A DNA stretch of 64,000 nucleotides from Patescibacteria group bacterium (GCA_038064535.1 JBBTSX010000009.1:1603-65602); one strand, 5' to 3'. Shown: positions 1-9,384, numbered from the stretch's first letter. The notes: generated from the sequence alone by a model not told the origin. Program-made: numbers and translations.

Positions 1-824
1 TGCGCAACAAGCTCAGGATGCATCAACACCTCCAGAATCTTTTCTGCGGGAATGATTATTGCGATACCCGTATTTATTTTGCTTTGGTCCTCTGAAGCAT
101 CGATATCTGCAGAATCGCTTTTTGCAGAATCAACACTCCAATGTCCGTGAATAAGACCTGCGAGGAACAGTCTAGTCCCACCCCCGAGAGACGTACCGGT
201 GCCAGTCAATTTGAAATAGGGTTCCTTAAAGAATACGGGCGAACCACTCAGTCCACCGATAGACCGCGCCTCAATTAAGTGTGCATCTATTTCTGCGTTG
301 TGCCACTTTACTGCGACCTTCTCGTTCTTATCGGTAGTAAGCAATGCAATATTCCCAACGCGCACAATTGGTAGATTTGCAAACTTGCCATGATGCTGTG
401 AAAAAAGACCTACAATCACTGCCTCGTTTGCAACTTGCACGTCACCCTTCTCAATATTCTCCGGTTTTAGAAACAACGAAGTCGGTACTGTTCTGTGAGC
501 GTGCTCTATTGTTCCAAGCGGGAAAGGAATTACCGCAACATCCACATCTGAATCGCTCGGGTGCGTGTACCACTTGGAGCCCTTCATAACATAGTCGAGT
601 CGGCCTCCATCTTTTCCATTCAAACGAACGCTTATATTGTCCAAATTCTCATTTTCGAGGTTGTGTAGTGCGGTGACGAGGTAGATAAAATTCAACTGGT
701 TTTCATTATCGGGAACGCTCACAAAGAAACCTGTACCCTGTGGCGTATATATCTCTTTACCGTTAACAACCTTTTTCTCGCAAAGAAATACCACACATTG
801 ACGGATATTGTCGGGGATTTCCAT
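1..824 (-). CDS. Trypsin-like serine protease (3' end runs off the window)
   Basis: Manual translation from ATG at 824: MEIPDNIRQCVVFL...QGTGFFV...YLVTALH...DVDVAVI...IEARSIGGLSGSPVF, i.e. His/Asp/Ser motifs of the trypsin-like fold. Not in the ORF track because it is open at the window edge. Confidence 0.8.
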   Translation of the reverse strand, partial: MEIPDNIRQCVVFLCEKKVVNGKEIYTPQGTGFFVSVPDNENQLNFIYLVTALHNLENENLDNISVRLNGKDGGRLDYVMKGSKWYTHPSDSDVDVAVIPFPLGTIEHAHRTVPTSLFLKPENIEKGDVQVANEAVIVGLFSQHHGKFANLPIVRVGNIALLTTDKNEKVAVKWHNAEIDAHLIEARSIGGLSGSPVFFKEPYFKLTGTGTSLGGGTRLFLAGLIHGHWSVDSAKSDSADIDASEDQSKINTGIAIIIPAEKILEVLMHPELVA

Positions 825-903
825 GGTCGCCTCACAGTATGCTCATTGGCACGCAAATCAAGCGGTTGCGGGTGAAAATAGTCAATTTGTTATAATGGGA
901 CAT

Positions 904-988
904 ATGGCCAAACAACCCAAGAATACAATTTGCCTCTGGTATGAAAAAGATTGACGTCGCCGCTATAGAGGCCGCGTGCCGCGGGTAA
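904..988 (+). pseudogene. Internally deleted remnant of a VOC/PhnB-like (3-demethylubiquinone-9 3-methyltransferase family) gene
   Basis: N-terminal MAKQPKNTICLWYEKD* is joined out of frame to C-terminal MKKIDVAAIEAACRG* through the shared sequence ATGAAAAAGAT (941-951). TGtTATAAT promoter at 888-896. Confidence 0.7.
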
Positions 989-1017
989 GGAGCGGTTTTT
1001 TTGTGATGTGATACCGC

Positions 1018-1818
1018 TCAAAGCTTCCTGTGTTTTTTGAGTAACGTGTCTATTTTTTCGAGCACTTCTCGTAGCGTGAAATTCGCTTTAACGAGGAAAT
1101 CGTCCGCGCCGAGCTCGCGTGCGTCCGCGATCTCCTGTTCCTGACCGAGGTTCGAGAAAATAATCACGATAACGTCCTTGAATCGTTCCTCGGCCCTGAT
1201 TTTTTTGAGCAGATCGAAACCGTTCATGCCCGGCATAATCATATCCAGTAGCACCAGGTCCGGCGTGCGTTTTTGGATGAGCTGCCAGCCTTGCTCTCCG
1301 TCTAGCGCCGAACTAACGGTGTAGCCTTCCTGCGCGATGCGAGTCGTGGCAAGGGACGAGAGAAACGAGTCGTCTTCAACGACGAGAATATGTATCTTCT
1401 TGCGAGCGGATGGTGTACCGGCATCCGTCTCCGGCGTCTGGTCGGCCGAAAGGTATTTATGCATTTTAGATAACACCTCGTCGGGGCTGAACTGGGCTTT
1501 CACGATGTAATCTTTGGCCCCGAGCGCCAAGATGCGCTCGATTTCTACCGGCTGGCCGGAATTTGAAATCACAATGACCGGTATCTTCTTCAGCTCGTCG
1601 TCCTTGCTGATATCCTCTAGCACCTCGTACCCATCCTTTTTCGGCATAACGATATCAAGCAGGATGAGATCGGGCTTGAATTCGCGCACAGCTACGAGCC
1701 CCGCTTGACCATCGAGCTCCCACTTCGCATCGAAGCCCTGGCTACTGAGTTTAGCGAAGAGGATTTCCCCGAGAATTTTCTCGTCCTCAATAAGGAGTAC
1801 TCTTTTTCGTTGTTGCAT
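1018..1818 (-). CDS. Response regulator with two receiver domains and no output domain
   Basis: Two REC repeats: LIEDE...DLILLDIVMP...DYIVKA and VVEDD...DLVLLDMIMP...DFLVKA. Confidence 0.92.
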   Translation of the reverse strand: MQQRKRVLLIEDEKILGEILFAKLSSQGFDAKWELDGQAGLVAVREFKPDLILLDIVMPKKDGYEVLEDISKDDELKKIPVIVISNSGQPVEIERILALGAKDYIVKAQFSPDEVLSKMHKYLSADQTPETDAGTPSARKKIHILVVEDDSFLSSLATTRIAQEGYTVSSALDGEQGWQLIQKRTPDLVLLDMIMPGMNGFDLLKKIRAEERFKDVIVIIFSNLGQEQEIADARELGADDFLVKANFTLREVLEKIDTLLKKHRKL

Positions 1819-1865
1819 GAAAGTGTGAGGTGGGGTGGTGTAGCGCTAAGTGTAATACAGATTCA

Positions 1866-3566
1866 TCATGTGCGCGCGGGGTTTGTGGACACCGGGATCG
1901 TAAAGGTGAACGTCGTGCCTTTGCCCTCTTCACTCTCAAAGGTGAGACGCCCTCCGTGCTTTTCGACAATGCTCTTCGCGATAAACAGTCCGAGGCCCGA
2001 TCCGTCTGTTTGTTGCCTCGCCGCATTGTCGGCGCGGAAGAATTTATTAAAGATACTCGATTGCTGGCGTTGGGGAATCCCGATGCCGGTGTCGGTAACG
2101 TTGACTTTCACCATATGGTCGGTCGCACTTGCGCTCAGCCGTATCGAGCCACCCTCGAGTGTATACTGGGCGGAATTTTCGATGAGATTTTGGATGACGT
2201 TACGTATCTGCTCGGAATCGGCTGATATGAACGGTAAGCGCTCTTTCGGCGGATCAAAGGTAAGAGCGATCTTCCGCACATGCGCCTGACTGGCGAAATC
2301 GAGCACCGTGCTCTCGATGAGGTCCTCAATGTGAATGGGGGCAAACGCAAGACGAATCTTGCCCGACTCAATACGAGTCACGACAAGCATTTCATTGATG
2401 AGTTTCAGCATGCGCTCATTACTTTCAAAGCCTTTCATGAGCAGACTTCGTTGCTGAGGGGTAAGATTCTGGGACTGTTCGTCGATGAGAATTCCGAGTG
2501 TCCACTTGATTGCTGAAAGCGGAGTGCGAAGCTGGTGCGCGGCAACCGAGATGAATTCCGATTTTATTTTGTCGAGTTCTTGGAGGCGCGTATTTTTCTC
2601 TAGCAGGTCGATTCCTTGGGCGCTGAGTCGATCGTTGAGCACCGCCTGATGCCAATAGCTCCAGAGTGCGACGATAATAGCAAAGAGTCCGAGTATGAAG
2701 ATGGCGACGGCTAGCCATGTGACGACCGTCGCTTCCCTCAATGCTTCCGACTGCGGCCGCTCTACGAAAAGGCCCCAATTCGCGATTGGTATCGGAATTC
2801 CCACCGCAAACATGCGCACGCCGCGGTCATCTGCGTAAGAATCTTCAGTAGCGAGTCCGTCCACCGCTTGTCCATCCACCGCGACCTTTTGCACTATGGG
2901 CCGATTGAGCAGGTTGTGTCCCCCCGCGGCACGAGAGGAATCGGGATCCAGTATCTCGAGACCTGCGTGGTCCGTGATGTACACCCGCCACGTGTCCGTC
3001 TTCGGCAGACCGACGATTTCCGTAAAGCGCTCCAAGTTGACGTCTACGGCGAGTACGGAGTGTATCCCGCTCGCGCGCACGATGGGAACCGTAACGACAG
3101 ACGTGGGCCTCCCGTCTTCATCTCTCGTTACGTCACCAAAACTCGAAGATCCTGCAAGTGCGAGGTATAACCCGGATAATTTCGAATAGTCTCGCATGTC
3201 GTCTTGGCCGGCATGGAGGTGCGAGCTGACCATCTCCGAACCGTAGTGTTCGACTACGGCGGCATGAGTGAATGATGGATTTCTTTGCAGAAGTCTGTCG
3301 ATAATCATCTTCGAACGATCGGGTTCCGCCTGCATATCCAAGGCAGCATCCTGAACTTTCGCCAGGACGGCTTCGAGTGATGTGCTGATGTCGGAACTTG
3401 CGTTTTCCGCGACCTGCATTGACAGTTCTGATGCGGACGAACGCACGCTTTTCTGCGTGGGAAGCAGCCACAAAAGATCCAGTAGGACCAGCCATAAAAG
3501 GAAGAATAAGAAAATGAAGACGGTACGTCTTCGCGAGAGAAACTCAACAAAAGCAAATATATCCAT
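1866..3566 (-). CDS. Membrane sensor histidine kinase with Cache-like extracellular domain
   Basis: Two TM segments; H-box AAHQLRTPL; N-box QNLIENS; G1 DTGIGI; G2 GSGLGL. Confidence 0.93.
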   Translation of the reverse strand: MDIFAFVEFLSRRRTVFIFLFFLLWLVLLDLLWLLPTQKSVRSSASELSMQVAENASSDISTSLEAVLAKVQDAALDMQAEPDRSKMIIDRLLQRNPSFTHAAVVEHYGSEMVSSHLHAGQDDMRDYSKLSGLYLALAGSSSFGDVTRDEDGRPTSVVTVPIVRASGIHSVLAVDVNLERFTEIVGLPKTDTWRVYITDHAGLEILDPDSSRAAGGHNLLNRPIVQKVAVDGQAVDGLATEDSYADDRGVRMFAVGIPIPIANWGLFVERPQSEALREATVVTWLAVAIFILGLFAIIVALWSYWHQAVLNDRLSAQGIDLLEKNTRLQELDKIKSEFISVAAHQLRTPLSAIKWTLGILIDEQSQNLTPQQRSLLMKGFESNERMLKLINEMLVVTRIESGKIRLAFAPIHIEDLIESTVLDFASQAHVRKIALTFDPPKERLPFISADSEQIRNVIQNLIENSAQYTLEGGSIRLSASATDHMVKVNVTDTGIGIPQRQQSSIFNKFFRADNAARQQTDGSGLGLFIAKSIVEKHGGRLTFESEEGKGTTFTFTIPVSTNPART

Positions 3567-3583
3567 GATACGCGTCGCGGATG

Positions 3584-4606
3584 TTACGGCACCTTGTTCT
3601 GGAGTATGATGTCTGCCTTCTTCAGGAACGAATCACTGAATGACACGCCGATTGCTTTCGCGGTGTCCTGGTTGACGACAAGAATGAGTTTTTCCGGGAC
3701 CTGCACCGGAATAGCGCCGGGGTCCCCGCCCCGAAGAATCTTATTAGCAATATCGGCCGATTGGCGTCCGGAGACGGCGAAATCGGGACCGAGTCCGAAC
3801 AGTGCTCCCGACTCTACCTGTGAACGGCTAAACACGGAAAAGGGAATTTTCTCATCGATTGCCCGCCTAATGTACGTGTCTATACTGCCCCAGACAAGCG
3901 AATCTCCGCCCACTATCATGCCGTCAAAATCCTTGCCGGAGATCCGAGCGGCTACGGCCGCGTTATCCTCCTTTGTTTTCACCGGGAATAGCGAGAGTTC
4001 TATTCCGAGAGCTTGCGCCGTCGCCTTCGCTATCTCGACGGATTTGGTCGCCGCAACGTCGCCGGCCTCTTTCGCGGTGTGCGGCATCGCGACTCGCTTT
4101 ATAGACGGATTGAATTCTTTCAGAAGTTGCAGTCGTTGCGACGTGAGGTCTGTCGAGAGGCTCGCGACCCCTGTCGTATGTCCGCCGGGATGACTAATGG
4201 ACGTTACATCGGGAAGCAGAAGCGGATCGCCAACTGACCCGAATACGATTGGGACGGGCGTACCGGCATCCTTTGTCGCCTGTATTGCCGCTTCGGTTGC
4301 CGGGGTCGAGTAGGTGTGGATCATGTCCGCTCCATCTTTGATAAATTTCTTGGCCACTACCGCCAACTGGTTTTTGTCGGAAATGAGCTGGACATCATAG
4401 GTAACGTTCTTGCCGTCATGGTATCCCAGCTCATCCATGCGCTTCTTGAAACCTGCGACGGCTGCATCATATCCGGAGCCGCGCACCAGGATTCCGATTC
4501 GGTACGTTTTCGCGGGGTTGGCAATCTTTCCTGTCGTCAGATAGTACGCGGCACCCGCGAGCGCAACGATGCCAATGATGATTCCGATAACCCAAAGACG
4601 GTTCAT
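3584..4606 (-). CDS. ABC-type substrate-binding protein (PF04392-like)
   Basis: N-terminal hydrophobic anchor; motifs PIVFGSVGDP, HPGGHTTGV, GRQSADIANKILRG, LVVNQDTAKAIG. Confidence 0.85.
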   Translation of the reverse strand: MNRLWVIGIIIGIVALAGAAYYLTTGKIANPAKTYRIGILVRGSGYDAAVAGFKKRMDELGYHDGKNVTYDVQLISDKNQLAVVAKKFIKDGADMIHTYSTPATEAAIQATKDAGTPVPIVFGSVGDPLLLPDVTSISHPGGHTTGVASLSTDLTSQRLQLLKEFNPSIKRVAMPHTAKEAGDVAATKSVEIAKATAQALGIELSLFPVKTKEDNAAVAARISGKDFDGMIVGGDSLVWGSIDTYIRRAIDEKIPFSVFSRSQVESGALFGLGPDFAVSGRQSADIANKILRGGDPGAIPVQVPEKLILVVNQDTAKAIGVSFSDSFLKKADIILQNKVP

Positions 4607-4769
4607 ACAAGAGTGACAATGAAGCGCATCACTTATGCATTGTAACGGTTGCTGGCTGTTCGACTAGGAGTTTCGGTGGACATCCTCCGATTCGAACACA
4701 ATTACGAAACTCTTGGATAAGCCAAAAGCACGGAGATCATTGTGCCGGCACTTGTTTCGCTGGGGTCTG

Positions 4770-6002
4770 TTACACGCAGTATGTCTTGAGCGGAGCAAAG
4801 CCGTTGAAGCCGACTGATGAGTAGCTCGATGTGTACGCACCCGTGGCATGGATGCGGATGCGGTCGCCGACTTGGAGCGAGAGGGGGAGCCGGTATTGGA
4901 ATTTCTCGTAGAGGATGTCGACTGAGTCGCACGACGGCCCCGCGAGAATCACCGGACCTGTCGCCCCCTTCCTGCCGACGACTTCGATGCGGTATTTTAT
5001 TGCTTCATCGTGCGTTTCCGCCAAGCCGCTGAATTTGCCGATGTCGAGGTATACCCAGCGTGTGTCATCGCCATACGATTTCCTGGAAATGAGGACCACT
5101 TCGGCTTCGATAACACCCGAATCGCCGACGAGCGAGCGGCCCGGTTCGATGATGATTCGCGGGAGATTCTCGCCGAAATGTTCGGTCATAGCCGCTTGGA
5201 TGGCCGAGGCGTACGCTTCGACCGGTTCCACGGAATCGCGGTAGTGGGCGGGAAGTCCGCCGCCGATATTCACCATTTCAAGTGAGATGCCGTCTTGTTT
5301 GAGTGACGCAAAGAGCCCCGCGGTCTTCTCGAGCGCGAATGCCCACTGGTCGGTACGGGTTTGCTGGGAGCCCACGTGGAATGACACACCGTACGGATGC
5401 AGGCCAAGTGCCTTTGCCTTGATGAGCAGGTCGCGGGCCATATCCGCCTCGCAACCGAATTTGCGTGAGAGCGGCCAATCGGCGCCCTCGCAGTTCATGA
5501 GCAAACGGCAGAACACTTTTGCATTGGGGGCGGAGCGGGCGAGTTTGAGAAGCTCCGCCTCGGAGTCGAATGCAAACATACGCACGCCGCGCTTGTAGGC
5601 CATGGCAATGTCGACCTCTTTTTTGATGGTATTGCCGAAGGAGATTTGCTGCGGCTTTGCTCCGGCACCCATCACGAGCTCGATTTCTGCGGGGCTTGCG
5701 ACGTCGAAGAATGAGCCGAGCGAGACGAGTCGTGTGATGACTTCGGGGGCAGGATTTGCTTTGACCGCGTAGTAGACCTCGGCGATGGGCAGTGTGCTGC
5801 GCAGCGCAAGGTAGTTGTCGGCGATGATATCCAAATCGACGACGAGCGCAGGCGTCTGCGGCTGATGCTCTGCGATAAAACGGGAAATCTTATCAAGCTC
5901 CGGTGTCGACCGCTGCTTGCCCGACGAACTTTTCTTTTGGAGACGGTTTGCTGTTCGTGAGGACCCCTCACGCACCGGCAACGTTCCACTGTGTGCTTCC
6001 AT
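4770..6002 (-). CDS. Ornithine decarboxylase (fold-type III PLP-dependent Orn/Lys decarboxylase)
   Basis: YYAVKAN PLP-lysine motif, SFHVGSQ, NIGGG, IIEPGR, GPSCDSVD, GAYT. Confidence 0.92.
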   Translation of the reverse strand: MEAHSGTLPVREGSSRTANRLQKKSSSGKQRSTPELDKISRFIAEHQPQTPALVVDLDIIADNYLALRSTLPIAEVYYAVKANPAPEVITRLVSLGSFFDVASPAEIELVMGAGAKPQQISFGNTIKKEVDIAMAYKRGVRMFAFDSEAELLKLARSAPNAKVFCRLLMNCEGADWPLSRKFGCEADMARDLLIKAKALGLHPYGVSFHVGSQQTRTDQWAFALEKTAGLFASLKQDGISLEMVNIGGGLPAHYRDSVEPVEAYASAIQAAMTEHFGENLPRIIIEPGRSLVGDSGVIEAEVVLISRKSYGDDTRWVYLDIGKFSGLAETHDEAIKYRIEVVGRKGATGPVILAGPSCDSVDILYEKFQYRLPLSLQVGDRIRIHATGAYTSSYSSVGFNGFAPLKTYCV

Positions 6003-6115
6003 TTCTGATGTGCATAACTAATTGGCTGACAATATTTGTATAGTACATCCCTGTGGGGGTAGAGAAGGGTCACGAGGCTTGAGGTGTGCATAAGTCCGCG
6101 TGTAGCGGATTTTCC

Positions 6116-6152
6116 AAAAAAACTTGCCGGGCCCCCGCATGGGGACCCGGCG
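6116..6152 (-). terminator. Intrinsic terminator in the leader of the decarboxylase gene
   Basis: Minus strand GCCGGGTCCCC-ATGC-GGGGGCCCGGC-AAG-TTTTTTT: 11-bp stem with one G-U pair, followed by a U tract. Confidence 0.75.
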
Positions 6153-6179
6153 TTACGAAATCGAAACTTGGTCGCTTGA

Positions 6180-6368
6180 TCAAAAGACCGGTCGAGCTGG
6201 CGGCGGGACTTCAACCATGCGCCTGCCGTGCGGGCGGTGAGGGTCCGCCTTTTGCTTGTTGCTGCGGTTCTTGCCACCGCGCTTACGGTGTCTTGCTTGC
6301 CAAAGCCCCCCGTTGCACTTCATCTCTTGTTTCTTGCGCCTGCTCCTGCAGCGTGTTTTTGGTCCCAT
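6180..6368 (-). CDS. Candidate Arg/Lys-rich leader peptide (62 aa)
   Basis: GAGGA precedes the ATG; 12 Arg + 8 Lys; ends EVPPPARPVF. Lies between an extended -10 element (TGcTACTTT, 6421-6429) and the terminator. Confidence 0.4.
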   Translation of the reverse strand: MGPKTRCRSRRKKQEMKCNGGLWQARHRKRGGKNRSNKQKADPHRPHGRRMVEVPPPARPVF

Positions 6369-6473
6369 CGCTTCCTCTTTCCATTGCTGTATCCGGCTGC
6401 CCTAGTCCCAGCCGTTTCGCAAAGTAGCACAGGGGCCTCATTTTTGCTACTATCGCCCGTACATAAGGAAGAT

Positions 6474-6545
6474 GCGCTAGTAGTTCAGTGGTAGAACGCT
6501 GTCCTGATAAGACAGAGGTCGAAGGTTCGATTCCTTCCTGGCGCA
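6474..6545 (+). tRNA. tRNA-Ile(GAT)
   Basis: Acceptor stem GCGCTAG/CTGGCGC, D arm GTTCAGTGGTAGAAC, anticodon arm CTGTC-CTGATAA-GACAG, T arm GAAGG-TTCGATT-CCTTC. CCA not encoded. Confidence 0.97.
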
Positions 6546-6566
6546 CAGATTGAGTGAAGCGAAAGA

Positions 6567-6720
6567 TGTGCACCAGGAGCACAGTGCTGAGCACTGTGCG
6601 TAAGGAATCGAACGCCGGAGCGGGCCCCGCGCGACTACGCGCGGGTGCGAGGCGGTGCCTAGCCCGAGTCTGCCGACGGGCGGACGAGAGGCGAGGGAGA
6701 GTCCTTCCTACCCCGCGCAC
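6567..6720 (+). repeat. Structured tRNA-trailer element containing antisense and degenerate sense copies of the tRNA 3' end
   Basis: TGTGCACCAGG (6567-6577) and AAGGAATCGAAC (6602-6613) complement the tRNA 3' half; three internal hairpins; GAGTCCTTCCTACCCCGCGCAC at 6699-6720. Confidence 0.65.
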
Positions 6721-6742
6721 CGAATAAAAGTATAATGCTCTG

Positions 6743-8047
6743 ATGAACTACCGTGTCCAAGGAGGCAAACAACTTTCGGGTACAGTCACGACCAACATCT
6801 CCAAAAACGCCGCTGTGGCTCTGCTCGCGGCGTCGCTCTTGAACCGCGGCGAAACGATTCTCAAGCGCATGCCGCGCATCGAGGAGGTGAAGCGGCTCAT
6901 CGAGGTGATGGAAAGTATCGGCGTGAAAATCGCGTGGGACATCAACGGCGACATGACCATTATGCCGCCAAAGAGATTCGACCTCTCGAACATAAACCGC
7001 GTGTCAGCCGAGAAGACGCGCTCCATCGCGCTTTTCATCGCGCCACTCGCACACATCTTTGAATCATTCGATTTGCCGGCACCGCGGGGATGCGATCTCG
7101 GCAAAAGGAGTCTTGGGGCGCACGTCGACGCGCTTGCAAAGCTGGGGATTACCGTAACGGGGGACGAATCTGCACACACCTACCATGTGGAGAGTAATGG
7201 AAAACATCCCGCGGAGCTCGTGATGTTTGAGGCGAGCAATACGGGCACCGAGAACACGCTCATGGCAGCGGCACGTATTGACGGCGTGAGCACGATTAAA
7301 TTCGCGAGTGCGGATTATATGGTCCAGGACCTCTGTTTCTTTCTTGAGCAATGCGGCGTCAAGGTCGACGGTATCGGCACGTCCACCTTGGTCGTTCACG
7401 GAAAGAAAGATATCGACGCGAGCATAATCGGATATCCGAGCGAAGACCCGATCGAGAGTATGTTCTTTTTCTCGCTCGCGGCGACCACCGGTTCTGAATT
7501 GACGATAGAGCGGTGTCCAATCGATGTGTTGGAGCTGGAGTTGCTCACGCTCGAGAGCATGGGTCTGCACTACGAGCGCGGGATTCCGTACACCGCCGAG
7601 AATGGGAAGACGCGATTGGTAGATATCATGATCAAGCCTTCGAAACTGATTGCACCGCCCGAAAAAATCGCCGCGCGGCCGTTCCCGGGCATCAATACCG
7701 ACAACCTTCCGTTTTTCGTCCCCATCGCGACCCAAGCGGAAGGCGACACGCTCATTCACGACTGGATGTACGATGGCCGCGCTCACTGGTATTTGGAAAT
7801 CAACAAACTTGACGCGCACGCTGAACTTCTCGATCCACATCGCGTTCTAATCAAAGGTCCCACACCGCTCCATGGGGGCGAAATCGAGGCACCTCCCGCA
7901 CTCCGTCCCGCCACCATGCTCTTGATCGGCATGCTTGCCGCAGAAGGTGAATCGATGCTCCGCAATGTGTATCCCATAAACCGCGGCTACGCCAATCTCT
8001 CCGAGCGCCTGAAGACCCTCGGCGCTTCCGTTGAAGCCGTGGAGTAA
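6743..8047 (+). CDS. murA: UDP-N-acetylglucosamine 1-carboxyvinyltransferase
   Basis: SKNAAV, PRGCDLGKR (catalytic Cys loop), PFPGINTD, LRPA, INRGY. Confidence 0.92.
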   Translation: MNYRVQGGKQLSGTVTTNISKNAAVALLAASLLNRGETILKRMPRIEEVKRLIEVMESIGVKIAWDINGDMTIMPPKRFDLSNINRVSAEKTRSIALFIAPLAHIFESFDLPAPRGCDLGKRSLGAHVDALAKLGITVTGDESAHTYHVESNGKHPAELVMFEASNTGTENTLMAAARIDGVSTIKFASADYMVQDLCFFLEQCGVKVDGIGTSTLVVHGKKDIDASIIGYPSEDPIESMFFFSLAATTGSELTIERCPIDVLELELLTLESMGLHYERGIPYTAENGKTRLVDIMIKPSKLIAPPEKIAARPFPGINTDNLPFFVPIATQAEGDTLIHDWMYDGRAHWYLEINKLDAHAELLDPHRVLIKGPTPLHGGEIEAPPALRPATMLLIGMLAAEGESMLRNVYPINRGYANLSERLKTLGASVEAVE

Positions 8048-9265
8048 CTAGCCGTTTACGACGCGGATTTTCTTGGCGGCAATAGCCGCCTTTTTTCGTG
8101 CCTCGGCGACGGTTTTGCCGAGCGCGAGGACGACGGCCATGCGGCGATGGCCGGGGGACATGGGCTTGCCGAAGATGCGGACCCACGTTCCTTTTTCTTT
8201 CAATGCGTTCTCGACTCCTGTATAAGTGGGGTTCTCCGTTTTTATATCCGCGAGTATTGCCACCGAGGCTCCGGGTCGGCAGGGGATTTCGGGAATGGGG
8301 AGGTCGAGAATAGCTCGCACGTGGAGTTCCATCTCACTCATGGTCTGTGAGACCATTGTGACCATGCCGGTGTCGTGCGGGCGGGGCGAGAGCTCGGAGA
8401 ACCACACCTTGTCACCTTTCACAAAAAGTTCGACGCCGAAGATGCCGCGGCCATTCTTGCCGCACAAATTATCGACAACCTTCCTCGCGATGTCCTGTGC
8501 TTTTTTGAGCGCTGTTTTCGTCATCGGGTGCGGTTGCCACGATTCGCGGTAGTCGCCGTCTATCTGAATATGTCCGACCGGCTCGCAAAACGAAATGCCC
8601 GCCTCGGCTTCGCCTCGGCGAGACGGGCCGCCCTTGTGAGCAATCGTCAGCAGTGTGATTTCGTAATCAAAGTTTATTTTGCCCTCCACGATGACCATGC
8701 CGGTCTGCGCACGCGTACCCTCCATAGCGAATTTCCAGCACCTCGCCAAATCTTGCGGTTTTTTAGCCACGGATTGGCCATGACCGCTTGAAGACATTGT
8801 CGGTTTGATGAAGCAGGGGAATCCGACTGCCTTTGCGCCCGCCTCGAGTTCTTTGAGCGATGCGGCAAAACGGTACGGCGAAGTCGGCAATTTCAACTTC
8901 TCGGCGGCGAGTTCGCGTATACCGCGGCGGTCCATGGTGAGCCGCACGGCTCGCGCGGTCGGGATAACCCGCCAACCTTCTTTCTCAAGTTTGACGAGTG
9001 TGTCGGTCGCGATGGCTTCTATCTCGGGGACAATATAGTCGGGCTGTTCTTTTTCGATAACCTTGCGCACCATCTTTCCATCGCGCATGTTGAAGACATG
9101 CGAGCGGTGCGCGACTTGCATCGCAGGTGCGTTCTCGTAGCGGTCGCACGCTATCGTCTCAATGCCGAGACGCATGGCTTCGATGACGACCTCTTTGCCG
9201 AGTTCGCCGGAGCCGAGCATGAGGAGCTTGATGGCGGAGGGCTTGAGCGGCGTCCCGAATTTCAT
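8048..9265 (-). CDS. purT: Formate-dependent phosphoribosylglycinamide formyltransferase
   Basis: LGSGELGKEV, APAMQVAH, KPTMSSSGHGQS, FSELSPRPHDTG, RRMAV. Confidence 0.96.
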   Translation of the reverse strand: MKFGTPLKPSAIKLLMLGSGELGKEVVIEAMRLGIETIACDRYENAPAMQVAHRSHVFNMRDGKMVRKVIEKEQPDYIVPEIEAIATDTLVKLEKEGWRVIPTARAVRLTMDRRGIRELAAEKLKLPTSPYRFAASLKELEAGAKAVGFPCFIKPTMSSSGHGQSVAKKPQDLARCWKFAMEGTRAQTGMVIVEGKINFDYEITLLTIAHKGGPSRRGEAEAGISFCEPVGHIQIDGDYRESWQPHPMTKTALKKAQDIARKVVDNLCGKNGRGIFGVELFVKGDKVWFSELSPRPHDTGMVTMVSQTMSEMELHVRAILDLPIPEIPCRPGASVAILADIKTENPTYTGVENALKEKGTWVRIFGKPMSPGHRRMAVVLALGKTVAEARKKAAIAAKKIRVVNG

Positions 9266-9384
9266 CCCGTTAGAGGCAGGAAGCGTTGCTTCCCGCGCTG
9301 GTTACGCATGAGTAATCTCGACCACAGTGATTGTCCATATTGAAATCCGATAATCGAAATTGTCTTCCGCAGCCTCTAACGGGA
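9265..9384. mobile_element. 120-bp MITE-like element in the purT start region
   Basis: 13-bp terminal inverted repeats TCCCGTTAGAGGC/GCCTCTAACGGGA, flanked by direct TTCA repeats (9261-9264, 9385-9388). Confidence 0.8.

Noticed and set aside
6699-6720. attR of a tRNA-integrated island
   Set aside because: It is only ~150 bp from the tRNA, degenerate, and has no integrase or cargo; reported instead as part of the trailer element.
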